NCBI GenBank assembly: GCA_963674825.1
Contig: OY771587.1
Location: 2,208,001 to 2,272,000 of the forward strand
Direction of reading: 5' to 3'
Length of the DNA: 64,000 bases
DNA from: Candidatus Cloacimonadales bacterium
GTDB lineage: Bacteria > Cloacimonadota > Cloacimonadia > Cloacimonadales > JAIOQZ01
A program made the position numbers and the translations under genes. Below, piece after piece: positions 1-8,693 of the stretch (position 1 is the first letter of the stretch; the number at the start of each line of letters is the position of its first letter). The notes under the pieces were generated by a model. That model made no database searches. It worked only from the letters and a program-made list of their open reading frames with translations, and was not told the DNA's origin.

Positions 1-2
1 CA

Positions 3-392
3 CCACCAGAGCTCACGCCGGACGATCCGCGTTACCCTGGTAAGGATCCGCGCTATGCAAGCCTTCCAGATCACGAGCTGCCTAAGACGGAGAGCCTCAA
101 GCTTACGGTCGATCGTATGTTGCCATACTGGCACGAGGTGATCTCGAAATCGATCCTGGATGGTAAAAATGTGCTGGTCGCCGCGCACGGAAACAGCCTG
201 CGCGCCCTGGTCAAGTACCTCGATAATATCCCGGATGACGAAATCGTGAAGCTCAATATCCCCACCGGAATTCCTTTGGTGTATGAGCTGGACGAAGACC
301 TCAAACCAATCAAACATTATTATCTGGGTGACCAGGAAGCGATCAAAGCGGCTCAGCAGGCCGTTGCAAACCAGGGAAAAGCCAAGAAATAA
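3..392 (+). CDS. gpmA: 2,3-bisphosphoglycerate-dependent phosphoglycerate mutase (5'-truncated by window edge)
   Basis: Open frame from window start: ...DPRY...[12 protein letters not shown]...[13 protein letters not shown]...[14 protein letters not shown], typical dPGM C-terminal half. Confidence 0.95.
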   Translation, partial: PPELTPDDPRYPGKDPRYASLPDHELPKTESLKLTVDRMLPYWHEVISKSILDGKNVLVAAHGNSLRALVKYLDNIPDDEIVKLNIPTGIPLVYELDEDLKPIKHYYLGDQEAIKAAQQAVANQGKAKK

Positions 393-415
393 TTGAATTG
401 CGAATAAACATTGGG

Positions 416-440
416 CAGGCAGTTATGTCTGCCTTTTTTT
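416..440 (+). terminator. Intrinsic terminator after gpmA
   Basis: AGGCAG-ttatgt-CTGCCT followed by a T run. Confidence 0.75.
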
Positions 441-459
441 ATAGAGAAACCTCTGTTAT

Positions 460-601
460 GGATGGCATTCACCCGCATTTTCGCCCGATTGCTCCCTCTG
501 CGTAGATATAGTACACCTTCCTGTCTACCGGACATGAGAAAAAAGGTGTACAACACTACGCTACCGGTCGCAATCAAACAAATCTGCTGGGTGAAGCATC
601 C
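460..601 (-). ncRNA. Putative structured RNA / long imperfect hairpin (unassigned)
   Basis: Four nested stems (ggatggcattcaccc/gggtgaagcatcc; gattgc/gcaatc; gcgtag/ctacgc; gtacacctt/aaggtgtac); extra G-U pairs form on the minus strand. Confidence 0.4.
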
Positions 602-605
602 TTTT

Positions 606-629
606 GCCAAGCTGGAGCTTGGCGCTCCA
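606..629 (-). repeat. REP-like palindrome (minus strand TGGAGCGCCAAGCTCCAGCTTGGC)
   Basis: GCCAAGCT-gg-AGCTTGGC palindrome with a GGAG-type 5' tail; single copy in the window. Confidence 0.4.
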
Positions 630-652
630 ATCGGACGCTTGGGATTTGATTT

Positions 653-1213
653 CTACTTCACTATTTCGATCGCGACAAAATCGGTCTTGCGCCAGGCTGC
701 GAGAAAATCTGGCATCTTGATGCGTTGTGGGTATGCTCTACCCGTATGCGCGATGATGGTGCTGGTCTGTGATGAATAGCCGATCACGAGGACGTAATGC
801 TTGTCTGGTTTCTCGCCTGTAATCGCGCGAGCAATCGGCCCGAAAGGATTGGGATCATCGGTTTCGATCATGCAGATAAGCGGGATGCTAATGTCGATGT
901 GGTGTAGAAGATCGTCTTTGGAACTGCGATAGATTCGGGAGTCAAAACCCCTGGATTTGGCGAAAGCGAGTATATCCAGAGTCAGCGTCCCTTCGATCGC
1001 GTCGCGATGTGTTGCAGCTTCGATGGAATCAGGATTGACGGCATCGCCATAGTAGTTCAAGAGCGATGCGAGCGTAGCCGGACCGCAATTGCTGCCTGTC
1101 TGCTCATAGACAGGTATGCCTGGAAGGAAAACCTCATCACCGCGAGGCTGGAATTTACCTGCGGAGCATGCAACGAGGATCGCTGTCAGCAGAACAGACA
1201 GCAGGTGTTTCAT
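653..1213 (-). CDS. C39-like cysteine peptidase lipoprotein (PA2778-like)
   Basis: Lipobox LVAC; Q..NCGPATLAS (catalytic Cys) and HYVLVIGY (catalytic His). Confidence 0.8.
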   Translation of the reverse strand: MKHLLSVLLTAILVACSAGKFQPRGDEVFLPGIPVYEQTGSNCGPATLASLLNYYGDAVNPDSIEAATHRDAIEGTLTLDILAFAKSRGFDSRIYRSSKDDLLHHIDISIPLICMIETDDPNPFGPIARAITGEKPDKHYVLVIGYSSQTSTIIAHTGRAYPQRIKMPDFLAAWRKTDFVAIEIVK

Positions 1214-1551
1214 TCCGTGTCGGTTTCTTCAGCGAGCAGAAGCGTTGCCGCAACGGCTCCCGCGATAAGGCCGGCGATAATGAAAGTGACGACGAACTTC
1301 CCGCGCAATCCGGCGGAATCGATCAATCCCTGGTCTTGCGCCAGTTGGATGGCCTCTTCGTCGCTTAGCTTGCAGACCAGATCCTTTGCTTCATCAGCAG
1401 TCAGACCTTTCTCCAAAAGCGCTTCCTGCAATGCTTCACGTGCGTTGGTAACCGGTTGTGTATCTGCTTGTGAATTCGAGATACCATACAGTGAACCGCG
1501 CACCAGAAGCAGGAGCGTCAGGAAAATCAGGATGTGCGAGCGTCGGATCAT
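1210..1551 (-). CDS. Small exported protein, PA2779-like, paralog 2
   Basis: Signal peptide, L.EKGL..DEA...V..LSDEE..QLA....IDSAG, then a hydrophobic C-terminal helix; overlaps peptidase start. Confidence 0.65.
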   Translation of the reverse strand: MIRRSHILIFLTLLLLVRGSLYGISNSQADTQPVTNAREALQEALLEKGLTADEAKDLVCKLSDEEAIQLAQDQGLIDSAGLRGKFVVTFIIAGLIAGAVAATLLLAEETDTE

Positions 1552-1886
1552 CAGCTATTCGCGTCCACGATAAGCCAGGCGATGATGCCAAGAGTCAGGG
1601 TCCAGACCGCGACCTGCGTCCACATTCTCTTGCTTCTGCGGCTGCCGGCGCTGTCGATCTGTCCCAGATCGGAAGCTATGACGCTCAGTTGGCTGTCGTC
1701 GATGCTTTCGAGAAGCTGCGTGATCTCTTCGTCGGTAAGCTGTTTATCTTCCAGCGCGCCGCGTACAACCATTTCGTTCTGGGTGCGCTCAAGTGTTTTC
1801 GGGCCTTCGACCTTCGACGGCTCGGCAAAGACCATTCCCGTCGCAAGGAGCATGATGATCAGTAGTGCAATGGTAAGTCGCTTCAT
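1551..1886 (-). CDS. Small exported protein, PA2779-like, paralog 1
   Basis: Signal peptide, ALEDKQLTDEE...IDDSQL..IA...QIDSAG, then a hydrophobic helix; GGAG RBS. Confidence 0.65.
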   Translation of the reverse strand: MKRLTIALLIIMLLATGMVFAEPSKVEGPKTLERTQNEMVVRGALEDKQLTDEEITQLLESIDDSQLSVIASDLGQIDSAGSRRSKRMWTQVAVWTLTLGIIAWLIVDANS

Positions 1887-1948
1887 ATTGCTCTCCAGTA
1901 ATTTTTCACGAAAATCGGCGTGCGAACGTTATTTGTCCAGCGATTTTT

Positions 1949-2809
1949 CTACCACTCGTAATCGGGATCGTACATGATGTCGCCGTAGCCCCATTGAGAT
2001 TGATTTCCATTTGTATCGAGGATACGGTAGAAGATACGGTAGAGACCGGGAACAAGTGAATAATCTCCCGCATTGAACTCGATCGATGATTTCCCCGAGA
2101 GAACATCATCTGATAAAACTAAGAAATCATCTCCGGTGGCATTGTAAAGAACTACGTCGGCAGTGAATCCTTGCTTGATATTGTATAGAAATTCTCCCTT
2201 TCCATCGAATGGATTTGCGAAAAATCTAAATGCGTTTGTGTCGAGATCCGACAGATTCTCCGGACTGACTATAATTGACAGTGGGCCAGCAACGTGGACT
2301 ACATCATTGTTGCGAACCATTTTAACAAAATAGAAGGACGTGGCATCAACGTATGGATAATAGTCATAATACTTATAATCCATGTGGTTCGGAGTATTCG
2401 TCGCTGGGATAATCTCAAGATTAACATTCTCTGTTATAATATAATCAGGGTCTATACTTCTGAGACAGTAAAATCCCATGACATCTGTTTCAGTTTCTGT
2501 TGTCCATTCGATGCAAACGATTTCGAAACCGATGTCGGTAACTTTCAGTGAGGGAATCCAGTAATCGTTGAGTGTGTTTTTCGAAGTTCGATACGAATAG
2601 ACTTGCCAGTCGCGCGTATCGACGTCTCCGATCTCACCTTCATCCGAAATAATCGTGTATCCATCGAAATCACCTGCAAATACTTCATAGTCCAGTCCAT
2701 TGATTGCGAACCATTCACTGCCAGATTCCGTACTGGAATCACAACCGGTGAACAGCAATGCAACCGCGAAGAATGTCACAATAATTATTAGGCTTGAAAT
2801 CTTGTTCAA
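1949..2809 (-). CDS. Hypothetical lipoprotein with Ig-like domain and degenerate C-terminal sorting-domain-like fold
   Basis: Probable TTG start with GGAAGG RBS; lipobox FTGC; WTTETETD.MGF segment shared with the 37815..41873 protein; FANPF...VVLYNATG...PGLYRI. Confidence 0.7.
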   Translation of the reverse strand: MNKISSLIIIVTFFAVALLFTGCDSSTESGSEWFAINGLDYEVFAGDFDGYTIISDEGEIGDVDTRDWQVYSYRTSKNTLNDYWIPSLKVTDIGFEIVCIEWTTETETDVMGFYCLRSIDPDYIITENVNLEIIPATNTPNHMDYKYYDYYPYVDATSFYFVKMVRNNDVVHVAGPLSIIVSPENLSDLDTNAFRFFANPFDGKGEFLYNIKQGFTADVVLYNATGDDFLVLSDDVLSGKSSIEFNAGDYSLVPGLYRIFYRILDTNGNQSQWGYGDIMYDPDYEW

Positions 2810-3078
2810 TTTCCCTTCCTTTTTGGCACAAAAACGTGAATACGATTTCAGTTTCGTCAATCAGTTTTTCGATGTTGGGGATATCAAAGTGATATGAATG
2901 TACGTGGAATGATATGAAAGCAACGTCACTGTTCGATAGAAAGAATTGCGGATGGGAGTGCTCGCGTTACTCGTGTATGCATTAGCTCGGAAAAGTGATG
3001 GCTTTCAGCACGTTAGAATTTTCTGGCACAAAAAGTGTAACCATGGACAAGTAAATCCATTTTATGGTGTGAAAGCGT

Positions 3079-3627
3079 ATGAAACTGGAAGAAGAAATCA
3101 TCAGGGATGCCCGAAAGGACATTAAGTGCTTCGATGCACTGTACAGCGAATATTATCCGCTCATTGACCGGTTTGTATTCCATAGAGTGAGTGATACCCA
3201 GACCCGGCACGAGATCGTGTCGGACGTGTTTTACACTGCAATGAACAAGCTGAGTATGTTCCGCTGGTTTGGTAAGGGATCGTTCCAGGCCTGGCTGATA
3301 CGGATTGCCATGAACGAAGTGAATGGCTACTATCGGAGGTCGAAGCGGAACACAAGAATCAGGGAGAAGCTGCAATGGGAGTCGGACGTCCACATGGGGG
3401 ATATGGAGGACGAGAACGACAATTTTGATTACGGCGTGATCCGCAGCGCCATGCAGCAGCTTCCGCTGAAGGACCAGAACCTTCTGAGCCTTCGATTCTT
3501 CAACAAGATGAAGCATAAAGAGATTGCGGAAGTTTTCAAAACGACAGAAGGAGCTATCAAGGTTAGGCAGCATCGCGCACTGACCAGGCTCCGGGAGATT
3601 GTCGAGGGGGATAACAATGGATTTTGA
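3079..3627 (+). CDS. ECF-family RNA polymerase sigma factor
   Basis: Region 2 (EIVSDVF...SFQAWLIRIAMN) and region 4 (LSLRFF.KMKHKEIAEVF..TEGAIKVRQHRALTRLR). Confidence 0.92.
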   Translation: MKLEEEIIRDARKDIKCFDALYSEYYPLIDRFVFHRVSDTQTRHEIVSDVFYTAMNKLSMFRWFGKGSFQAWLIRIAMNEVNGYYRRSKRNTRIREKLQWESDVHMGDMEDENDNFDYGVIRSAMQQLPLKDQNLLSLRFFNKMKHKEIAEVFKTTEGAIKVRQHRALTRLREIVEGDNNGF

Positions 3628-4084
3628 AAGCAGACTGAACCATATGAACGTGCCAGGTCCAGAAAACGACGGGCACGAGACCAGATTGCGAACCGCTCTG
3701 AAAGAACGTTACTTTGGAGCCGAGAAAAAATACCAATACCGTTTTCGCCTATCGGTGGGATTTGCCTCAGTGCTTCTTGTGATACTGTTCGTTTTTATCT
3801 GGAATCCCGAGCTTGCCATTCGGGCCAACCAGATCGCCTTCCAGGGTGACGTTACGGAGCGGTTCGATCCCTCTTCCGAGATTGCGGACGAAGAATTCGT
3901 CGATTACACCTCGCTGTACAATCCGGAGATTTATCCGATGTTTCACAACGAGGAATACGAAGAGGAAAAAGCATACGTGATACGGAAATACAATTCGCCT
4001 GCGAAAGGCGAGCTGATGATCGTTTCCGAATTTGACCCGGTTGAGACGCTACCTGTCGGGAAAAACCTTCCCGGCAGTATATAG
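3617..4084 (+). CDS. Putative single-TM anti-sigma factor
   Basis: Overlaps sigma stop; short N-terminal soluble domain, one TM helix, acidic extracytoplasmic part. Confidence 0.65.
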   Translation: MDFESRLNHMNVPGPENDGHETRLRTALKERYFGAEKKYQYRFRLSVGFASVLLVILFVFIWNPELAIRANQIAFQGDVTERFDPSSEIADEEFVDYTSLYNPEIYPMFHNEEYEEEKAYVIRKYNSPAKGELMIVSEFDPVETLPVGKNLPGSI

Positions 4085-4111
4085 AACGATATTTTGTACA
4101 GGAGGTTAAAA

Positions 4112-5365
4112 ATGAAAAGATTCATGCTGTTACTGCTGATCCTTGCGATTGCGGGATTTGCATCACTTTCTGCGAAGCCCTTCATGGGGGTTTTCACCAG
4201 TACACTCGATGACGACGATTACGAGGACCTCGGCCTCAAAGATTACTACGGTATCCTTATCGAAGAGGTCATCGATGATACTCCCGCTGACAAAGCCGGA
4301 TTTGAAGACGGCGATGTTCTGCTCAAGATCGAAGGTGACAAGATCTACACCAGCGACCAGCTGACCAAGATGCTTTCGTCAATGGATCCCGGCAAGAAGG
4401 TCAAATGCACGGTTCTGCGTGACAAGAAAGAAATGACACTCAAGCTCGAAATCGGTGAACGCAGCGATTATACCGCCAAGAAACCCTTTATCGGAATCAA
4501 TATGAGCAACCTTAAGGCTTCTACACTCGAGAAGAAGGGTGTGACTGAAGGCTACGGCATTCTGCTCACCGGTATTGTGGACGATTCGGCTGCTGACAAG
4601 GCCGGACTGAAGAAAGGCGACGTGCTGCTTCAAATCGGTGACGACAAGATTTATACAACGGATCAACTCGGTAAGATCGTCGATCGGATGAAGATTGGCC
4701 AGAAGTCAAAGTTTGTCGTTTCGCGTGAAGGCGAACGCAAGACGGTTGATGTAACCATTGGAGAAAAAGAGCTTGGATTCAGCCGCAAGAACTCGTGGTT
4801 CAATAATATTCCTAATTCGATCAAGATCATCAAGGACATGAAGAAACACCCCAACGCGATTGGGTTCACGCTCAAATCGATCAATGCAGGCAAAGAAAAC
4901 AAGGGAAACCAGAAGGTTGTTATCAGCCGTATCGAGAAGGATTCACCTGCAGACAAGATCGGACTCAAGGTAGATGACGAGATCATCATGGTAGAAGGAA
5001 AAAGCGTCAGCGAAATCGACGATATCTTCGATATCATCGACGACAAGAAGGTTGGGGACAAGATCGAAGTGAAAGTCCTTCGCGATGGCAAGGAACAGAC
5101 CTTCAAGCCCGAATTGATGAAGCGTTCGGATATCTACGACGAAGAAATCAATATCCTCTACAATGACGGTGAACTTGTCATCGAAAAAAATGGTGAGCGG
5201 CTTGAACTCAACAGTGAAGAATACCTCAAGCAAATCCAAGGTCTTCAGGGCCTTGAGCAGCTAGAAAAGCTTGAAAAACTCGAGAAGCTTCAAGAACTTG
5301 AAGATCTGGACATCGACTTCGATTTCGACTTCGATTTCGATGTGGCAGGCTCAGGGGAAATCTGA
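4112..5365 (+). CDS. Exported triple-PDZ-domain protein
   Basis: Signal peptide; three PDZ-like units (PFMGV...PADKAGFEDGDVL; PFIGI...AADKAGLKKGDVL; AIGF...SPADKIGLKVDDEI); GGAGG RBS. Confidence 0.88.
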   Translation: MKRFMLLLLILAIAGFASLSAKPFMGVFTSTLDDDDYEDLGLKDYYGILIEEVIDDTPADKAGFEDGDVLLKIEGDKIYTSDQLTKMLSSMDPGKKVKCTVLRDKKEMTLKLEIGERSDYTAKKPFIGINMSNLKASTLEKKGVTEGYGILLTGIVDDSAADKAGLKKGDVLLQIGDDKIYTTDQLGKIVDRMKIGQKSKFVVSREGERKTVDVTIGEKELGFSRKNSWFNNIPNSIKIIKDMKKHPNAIGFTLKSINAGKENKGNQKVVISRIEKDSPADKIGLKVDDEIIMVEGKSVSEIDDIFDIIDDKKVGDKIEVKVLRDGKEQTFKPELMKRSDIYDEEINILYNDGELVIEKNGERLELNSEEYLKQIQGLQGLEQLEKLEKLEKLQELEDLDIDFDFDFDFDVAGSGEI

Positions 5366-5427
5366 TCTAAAAAAATCCGTCTCGCATTGACGGATCAATA
5401 AATCCTCCCTCTCCTAATGCATATCCT

Positions 5428-5500
5428 ACAAATTAGCCGGCTCCCCGCCGGCTTTTTTGCATCCCCTCAAACAAATTAGCCGGCTCCCCGCCGGTTTTTT
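5428..5500 (+). terminator. Tandemly duplicated intrinsic terminator
   Basis: ACAAATTAGCCGGCTCCCCGCCGG(C/T)TTTTT at 5428-5458 and 5471-5500. Confidence 0.75.
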
Positions 5501-5987
5501 ATTCTACTCTGATTCCGATTTCCATCACGCCCGATCGTATCGCGATGTCTGTTCCGATACCATCCAGCTTCTTTTTTGCTTCGGCAGGCATGTCGCTGAT
5601 GGAACGAATCCACCGGTCGGTGAGGTTGAGCGACAGCACGCCGTTGTTCATCTGCATATCCAGGCCGAACCGGCCGATCAGGTACGATATCGCCTTCTGG
5701 ATGATCATGTTGACGTTCAGGATTCTGGCCTTTATCACCATCCTGCGACTGCTAACCTCGATTGCCTCGACCGCGATCTGAGGCTTGATCTCGATCTGCC
5801 CGACGATCGGCGCTTTCATCGACGCGGACAGCTCAAGATAGCCGTCTCGGGATACGATGGACGATACGGGGATGTCTATATCCCGCTTGTATGCCTGCAA
5901 TAGACGGGCGAGTTGCGCGTCGGTCAGCTTCAGGGTGAAATGCCCGGACAGCCCGGGTAGCAAGTTCATCAATGTTTCGCGATCCAT
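5499..5987 (-). CDS. Hypothetical protein
   Basis: 162-aa ORF with GAGGAG RBS before ATG; no recognised motif. Confidence 0.7.
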   Translation of the reverse strand: MDRETLMNLLPGLSGHFTLKLTDAQLARLLQAYKRDIDIPVSSIVSRDGYLELSASMKAPIVGQIEIKPQIAVEAIEVSSRRMVIKARILNVNMIIQKAISYLIGRFGLDMQMNNGVLSLNLTDRWIRSISDMPAEAKKKLDGIGTDIAIRSGVMEIGIRVE

Positions 5988-6119
5988 ATTGGTTCTCCTC
6001 TGAGTCCAGAAGCAATCTTTCGCGCGGCGCGTCAAATTTCTTCTGATTTTTTCAGAAACTTCCGAACCATTTTGACAGAATTCTGTTTATCTGGCGGATA
6101 TTGTTTCGAAGGAGAGATT

Positions 6120-7343
6120 ATGAAACCCAAGCGCGAAGAAGAATGGCAACAGGACATCGTTGAGATCATTCCGAGGTTGAGGAACTGGATCCACCGCTAC
6201 ACCGGGAACAAAGAGGACACTGACGAAGTCTTGCAGCAAACACTCATCAAAGCCTTGCAAAGCCTGGTCGACTTCAGCGAGCCGTTCAACCTTCAATCGT
6301 GGCTGATGACCATCGCACGCAACCAGAGCTTCGACTATCTGAAGGAGCGCGGAAGGTTGGTTTACACCAGCTCGTTTGTCCTTGAACGGAATTTCAACGT
6401 AGATGAGATGAACGATCCGGCAGTGGTCGAATCGATGGGGAATCTACCTTTAAGAGATCAATATCTTCTTTTCATGAAATACTTTACGCATCAGAAGGTT
6501 TCGGAGATCAGCAAGCTTTTAAAGATTCCCGAAGGCTCGATCAAACGGCAATTGCACGATGCACGAAACCGATTGAAAAAGGAGATAACCATGCCACAGA
6601 AAGGTAAGTATATTGCACCTGAAATCAAGATAGAAACGGTGAATAATCCACCGGAAAGAATGGTTCAGCGCACCGGCTACGGCCTCTTCATGGGTTCACC
6701 TGTGAAAGGCATTGGTGACGTTGAGAAGATAGCAGGTTACGAACATCCCGGAAGAATTCATGTATTTGAAGCAGACAGCATCGTGACGCGACAAGCTGAA
6801 ATTCTCGGAAAGCAGGTGTGGGAAGTACACAACACGTACGACAAACGAGAAGGAGAAGCCGAACGATTTCTATACTATACGATAGAAGACGACACGATCG
6901 CAATGCCGTTTCGGGTGTTCCATTTCGGCGATCCTGACAAGATCAGAATCGATATCGATCAGAATGAACTGGTACAGCCGATGAATCTTACGATAACAGC
7001 GCCATCAACCGAGATCAGCGAGAAGGAAATTATTGAACGCGATATTGTCAATCTCACTATCGGAGAAAAAGTGTATGAAAATTGCATTCGCGTTCGAACC
7101 AGTGAGGACGACTTCCATGGCCGGAATTACACCGAGAGTTTCATCGACACGGAAGGTCGTGAGGTTCTGCACAAGACGTACATCTCCGAGGGCTGGAAGA
7201 TGGGTGGATTTGTTACCTGGGAGAAATGGAAGGATGCTCCTGAACTCGAATTCCATGGCGAGAAATTCCGCCTGTGGTTCGAGTTTGTGCTCCTCGGCAC
7301 CCGTAAGGCAACCGAAGAGGAGCTACCACGAAAACGCGGTTGA
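6120..7343 (+). CDS. ECF sigma factor with long C-terminal extension
   Basis: Region 2 (DEVLQQT...SWLMTIARNQSFDYLK) and region 4 (SEISKLLKIPEGSIKRQLHDARNRLKK), then ~250 extra aa. Confidence 0.88.
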   Translation: MKPKREEEWQQDIVEIIPRLRNWIHRYTGNKEDTDEVLQQTLIKALQSLVDFSEPFNLQSWLMTIARNQSFDYLKERGRLVYTSSFVLERNFNVDEMNDPAVVESMGNLPLRDQYLLFMKYFTHQKVSEISKLLKIPEGSIKRQLHDARNRLKKEITMPQKGKYIAPEIKIETVNNPPERMVQRTGYGLFMGSPVKGIGDVEKIAGYEHPGRIHVFEADSIVTRQAEILGKQVWEVHNTYDKREGEAERFLYYTIEDDTIAMPFRVFHFGDPDKIRIDIDQNELVQPMNLTITAPSTEISEKEIIERDIVNLTIGEKVYENCIRVRTSEDDFHGRNYTESFIDTEGREVLHKTYISEGWKMGGFVTWEKWKDAPELEFHGEKFRLWFEFVLLGTRKATEEELPRKRG

Positions 7344-7361
7344 AATAGGTTTTTTTATTCT

Positions 7362-7430
7362 GTAGGGGCAGGTCACTGTGCCTGCCCTCCTTAAGACAGA
7401 AAAAAGGCAACCACAGTGGGTTGCCCCTAC
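7362..7430. repeat. Inverted pair of GTAG-type REP elements (REPIN-like)
   Basis: GTAG-GGGCAGG-tcactgtg-CCTGCCC ... GGCAACC-acagtg-GGTTGCC-CCTAC between convergent genes. Confidence 0.7.
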
Positions 7431-7472
7431 GGGTGAACAAAGGTCATTGCTGGATAGTGGTATATTATTAGG

Positions 7473-8624
7473 CTACAGCACTATCCAGTCCTGCATCGCG
7501 GGGGACATGGAGTAGTCCGAGAAATTCAGCTCCTGTCCGACCTCGTAAACCAACTGGAAGGTATGGTCGCCGTCGGTGCGATTTGAATTGGAGATAACGG
7601 TGATGACCGTACCGCTGGGGACGTGGTACCACATCTCAGCCGCGTAACCGGGTGTACCGCCATTGTGGCCCATCAGGTTCATGTCCATGTGATAGCCGCA
7701 GCCATAGCCGTATTCGAAGGGGATATCTTCACCGAGCGGAAACCAGCTCTGCATGATCTCCATCGATTCCGAGCTCAGGATTTGTCCACCGAACAGTGCT
7801 CGTGCGAACCGACCCAGATTGTTCGCGGTTCCGACGAGGCAACCGGCGCTCCAGAACTGCGTCGGATTCCAGGTGGTGAGGTCGTCGAGAATCCCGTCGT
7901 CGTCGATATCGACGTAGCCGTGCGCAAATTCGTCTGGCGCAGTGTCCACGGTGATATCAGTCAGGCCAAACGGATCCAGGATGCGTGTCTTGAGCATGTT
8001 CGCGTAGGTGTTGCCGGTTATTTCTTCTATGATCAGACCGAGCAGAACATAGTTTGTGTTGGAATATTCCCACCAGGTTCCCGGCTGCATCTGGTCGGGA
8101 TCGGTGAGCTCGATGGCGTAGGCAATCTGCTCTTCGGGCGTGAAGATATGCTCGGGATCCTCGAGCATCTGCGTGATCATCATGTCGCCGTCGTTGGCGT
8201 AGTCCAGCAAGCCGCTGGTCATATTGAGCAGGTTTTCGACGGTGATGAGGCTGTCGTGCGGGACTGTGATATCCGGCAGATATTCATCCAGCGTGCTGTC
8301 GAAATCGAGCAGGCCGTCTTCGTGCAGCAGCAGGCAAAGGGTTGCGGTAAAGGTTTTTGTTGTGCTGCCCATGCGAAGCCGGTTTTGCGGATGCATTTCT
8401 TCGCCGGTATCCAGATTTGCCATACCGGCTGCGAGATCCCAGGTGCCGTAGGTTGGCGAATCGACGTAGAGTACGAATCCGGGATGAACATCGGTGACGG
8501 CGTCGTTGAGGATTGTCGGGATGTTAGTGCCGGGCGGGATTTTATCTTCATCATCGGATGTGGCGCAGCTTACGAGGAATAGGGCTAAGAGAATCGAAAG
8601 AGCGATCGATACACTGTACTTCAT
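7473..8624 (-). CDS. Serine hydrolase / beta-lactamase-family (D-Ala-D-Ala peptidase-like) lipoprotein
   Basis: Lipobox LVSC; SxxK (GSTTK), YSN and HNG motifs. Confidence 0.88.
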   Translation of the reverse strand: MKYSVSIALSILLALFLVSCATSDDEDKIPPGTNIPTILNDAVTDVHPGFVLYVDSPTYGTWDLAAGMANLDTGEEMHPQNRLRMGSTTKTFTATLCLLLHEDGLLDFDSTLDEYLPDITVPHDSLITVENLLNMTSGLLDYANDGDMMITQMLEDPEHIFTPEEQIAYAIELTDPDQMQPGTWWEYSNTNYVLLGLIIEEITGNTYANMLKTRILDPFGLTDITVDTAPDEFAHGYVDIDDDGILDDLTTWNPTQFWSAGCLVGTANNLGRFARALFGGQILSSESMEIMQSWFPLGEDIPFEYGYGCGYHMDMNLMGHNGGTPGYAAEMWYHVPSGTVITVISNSNRTDGDHTFQLVYEVGQELNFSDYSMSPAMQDWIVL

Positions 8625-8693
8625 GGAACCTCCGGGACAAGTTTGTCTACGATAGAGTAATGGACAGTGCACCGATCGTCAAGTTGCTTGTTG

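Noticed and set aside
460..601. Integron attC site, SRP RNA or 6S RNA
   Set aside because: No correctly oriented RYYYAAC/GTTRRRY ends or integrase; no SRP domain IV motif; no large central bubble.
411..779. 122-aa plus-strand ORF after gpmA
   Set aside because: Runs through a terminator and hairpin region and overlaps the peptidase antisense; no RBS or motif.
2890..2918. Direct repeat TGATATGAA at 20-nt spacing
   Set aside because: Two short AT-rich copies with no cognate regulator evidence; insufficient support.
5428..5500. Mini CRISPR array
   Set aside because: Only two units, a spacer of about 12 nt, and each unit is a hairpin plus T run typical of a terminator.
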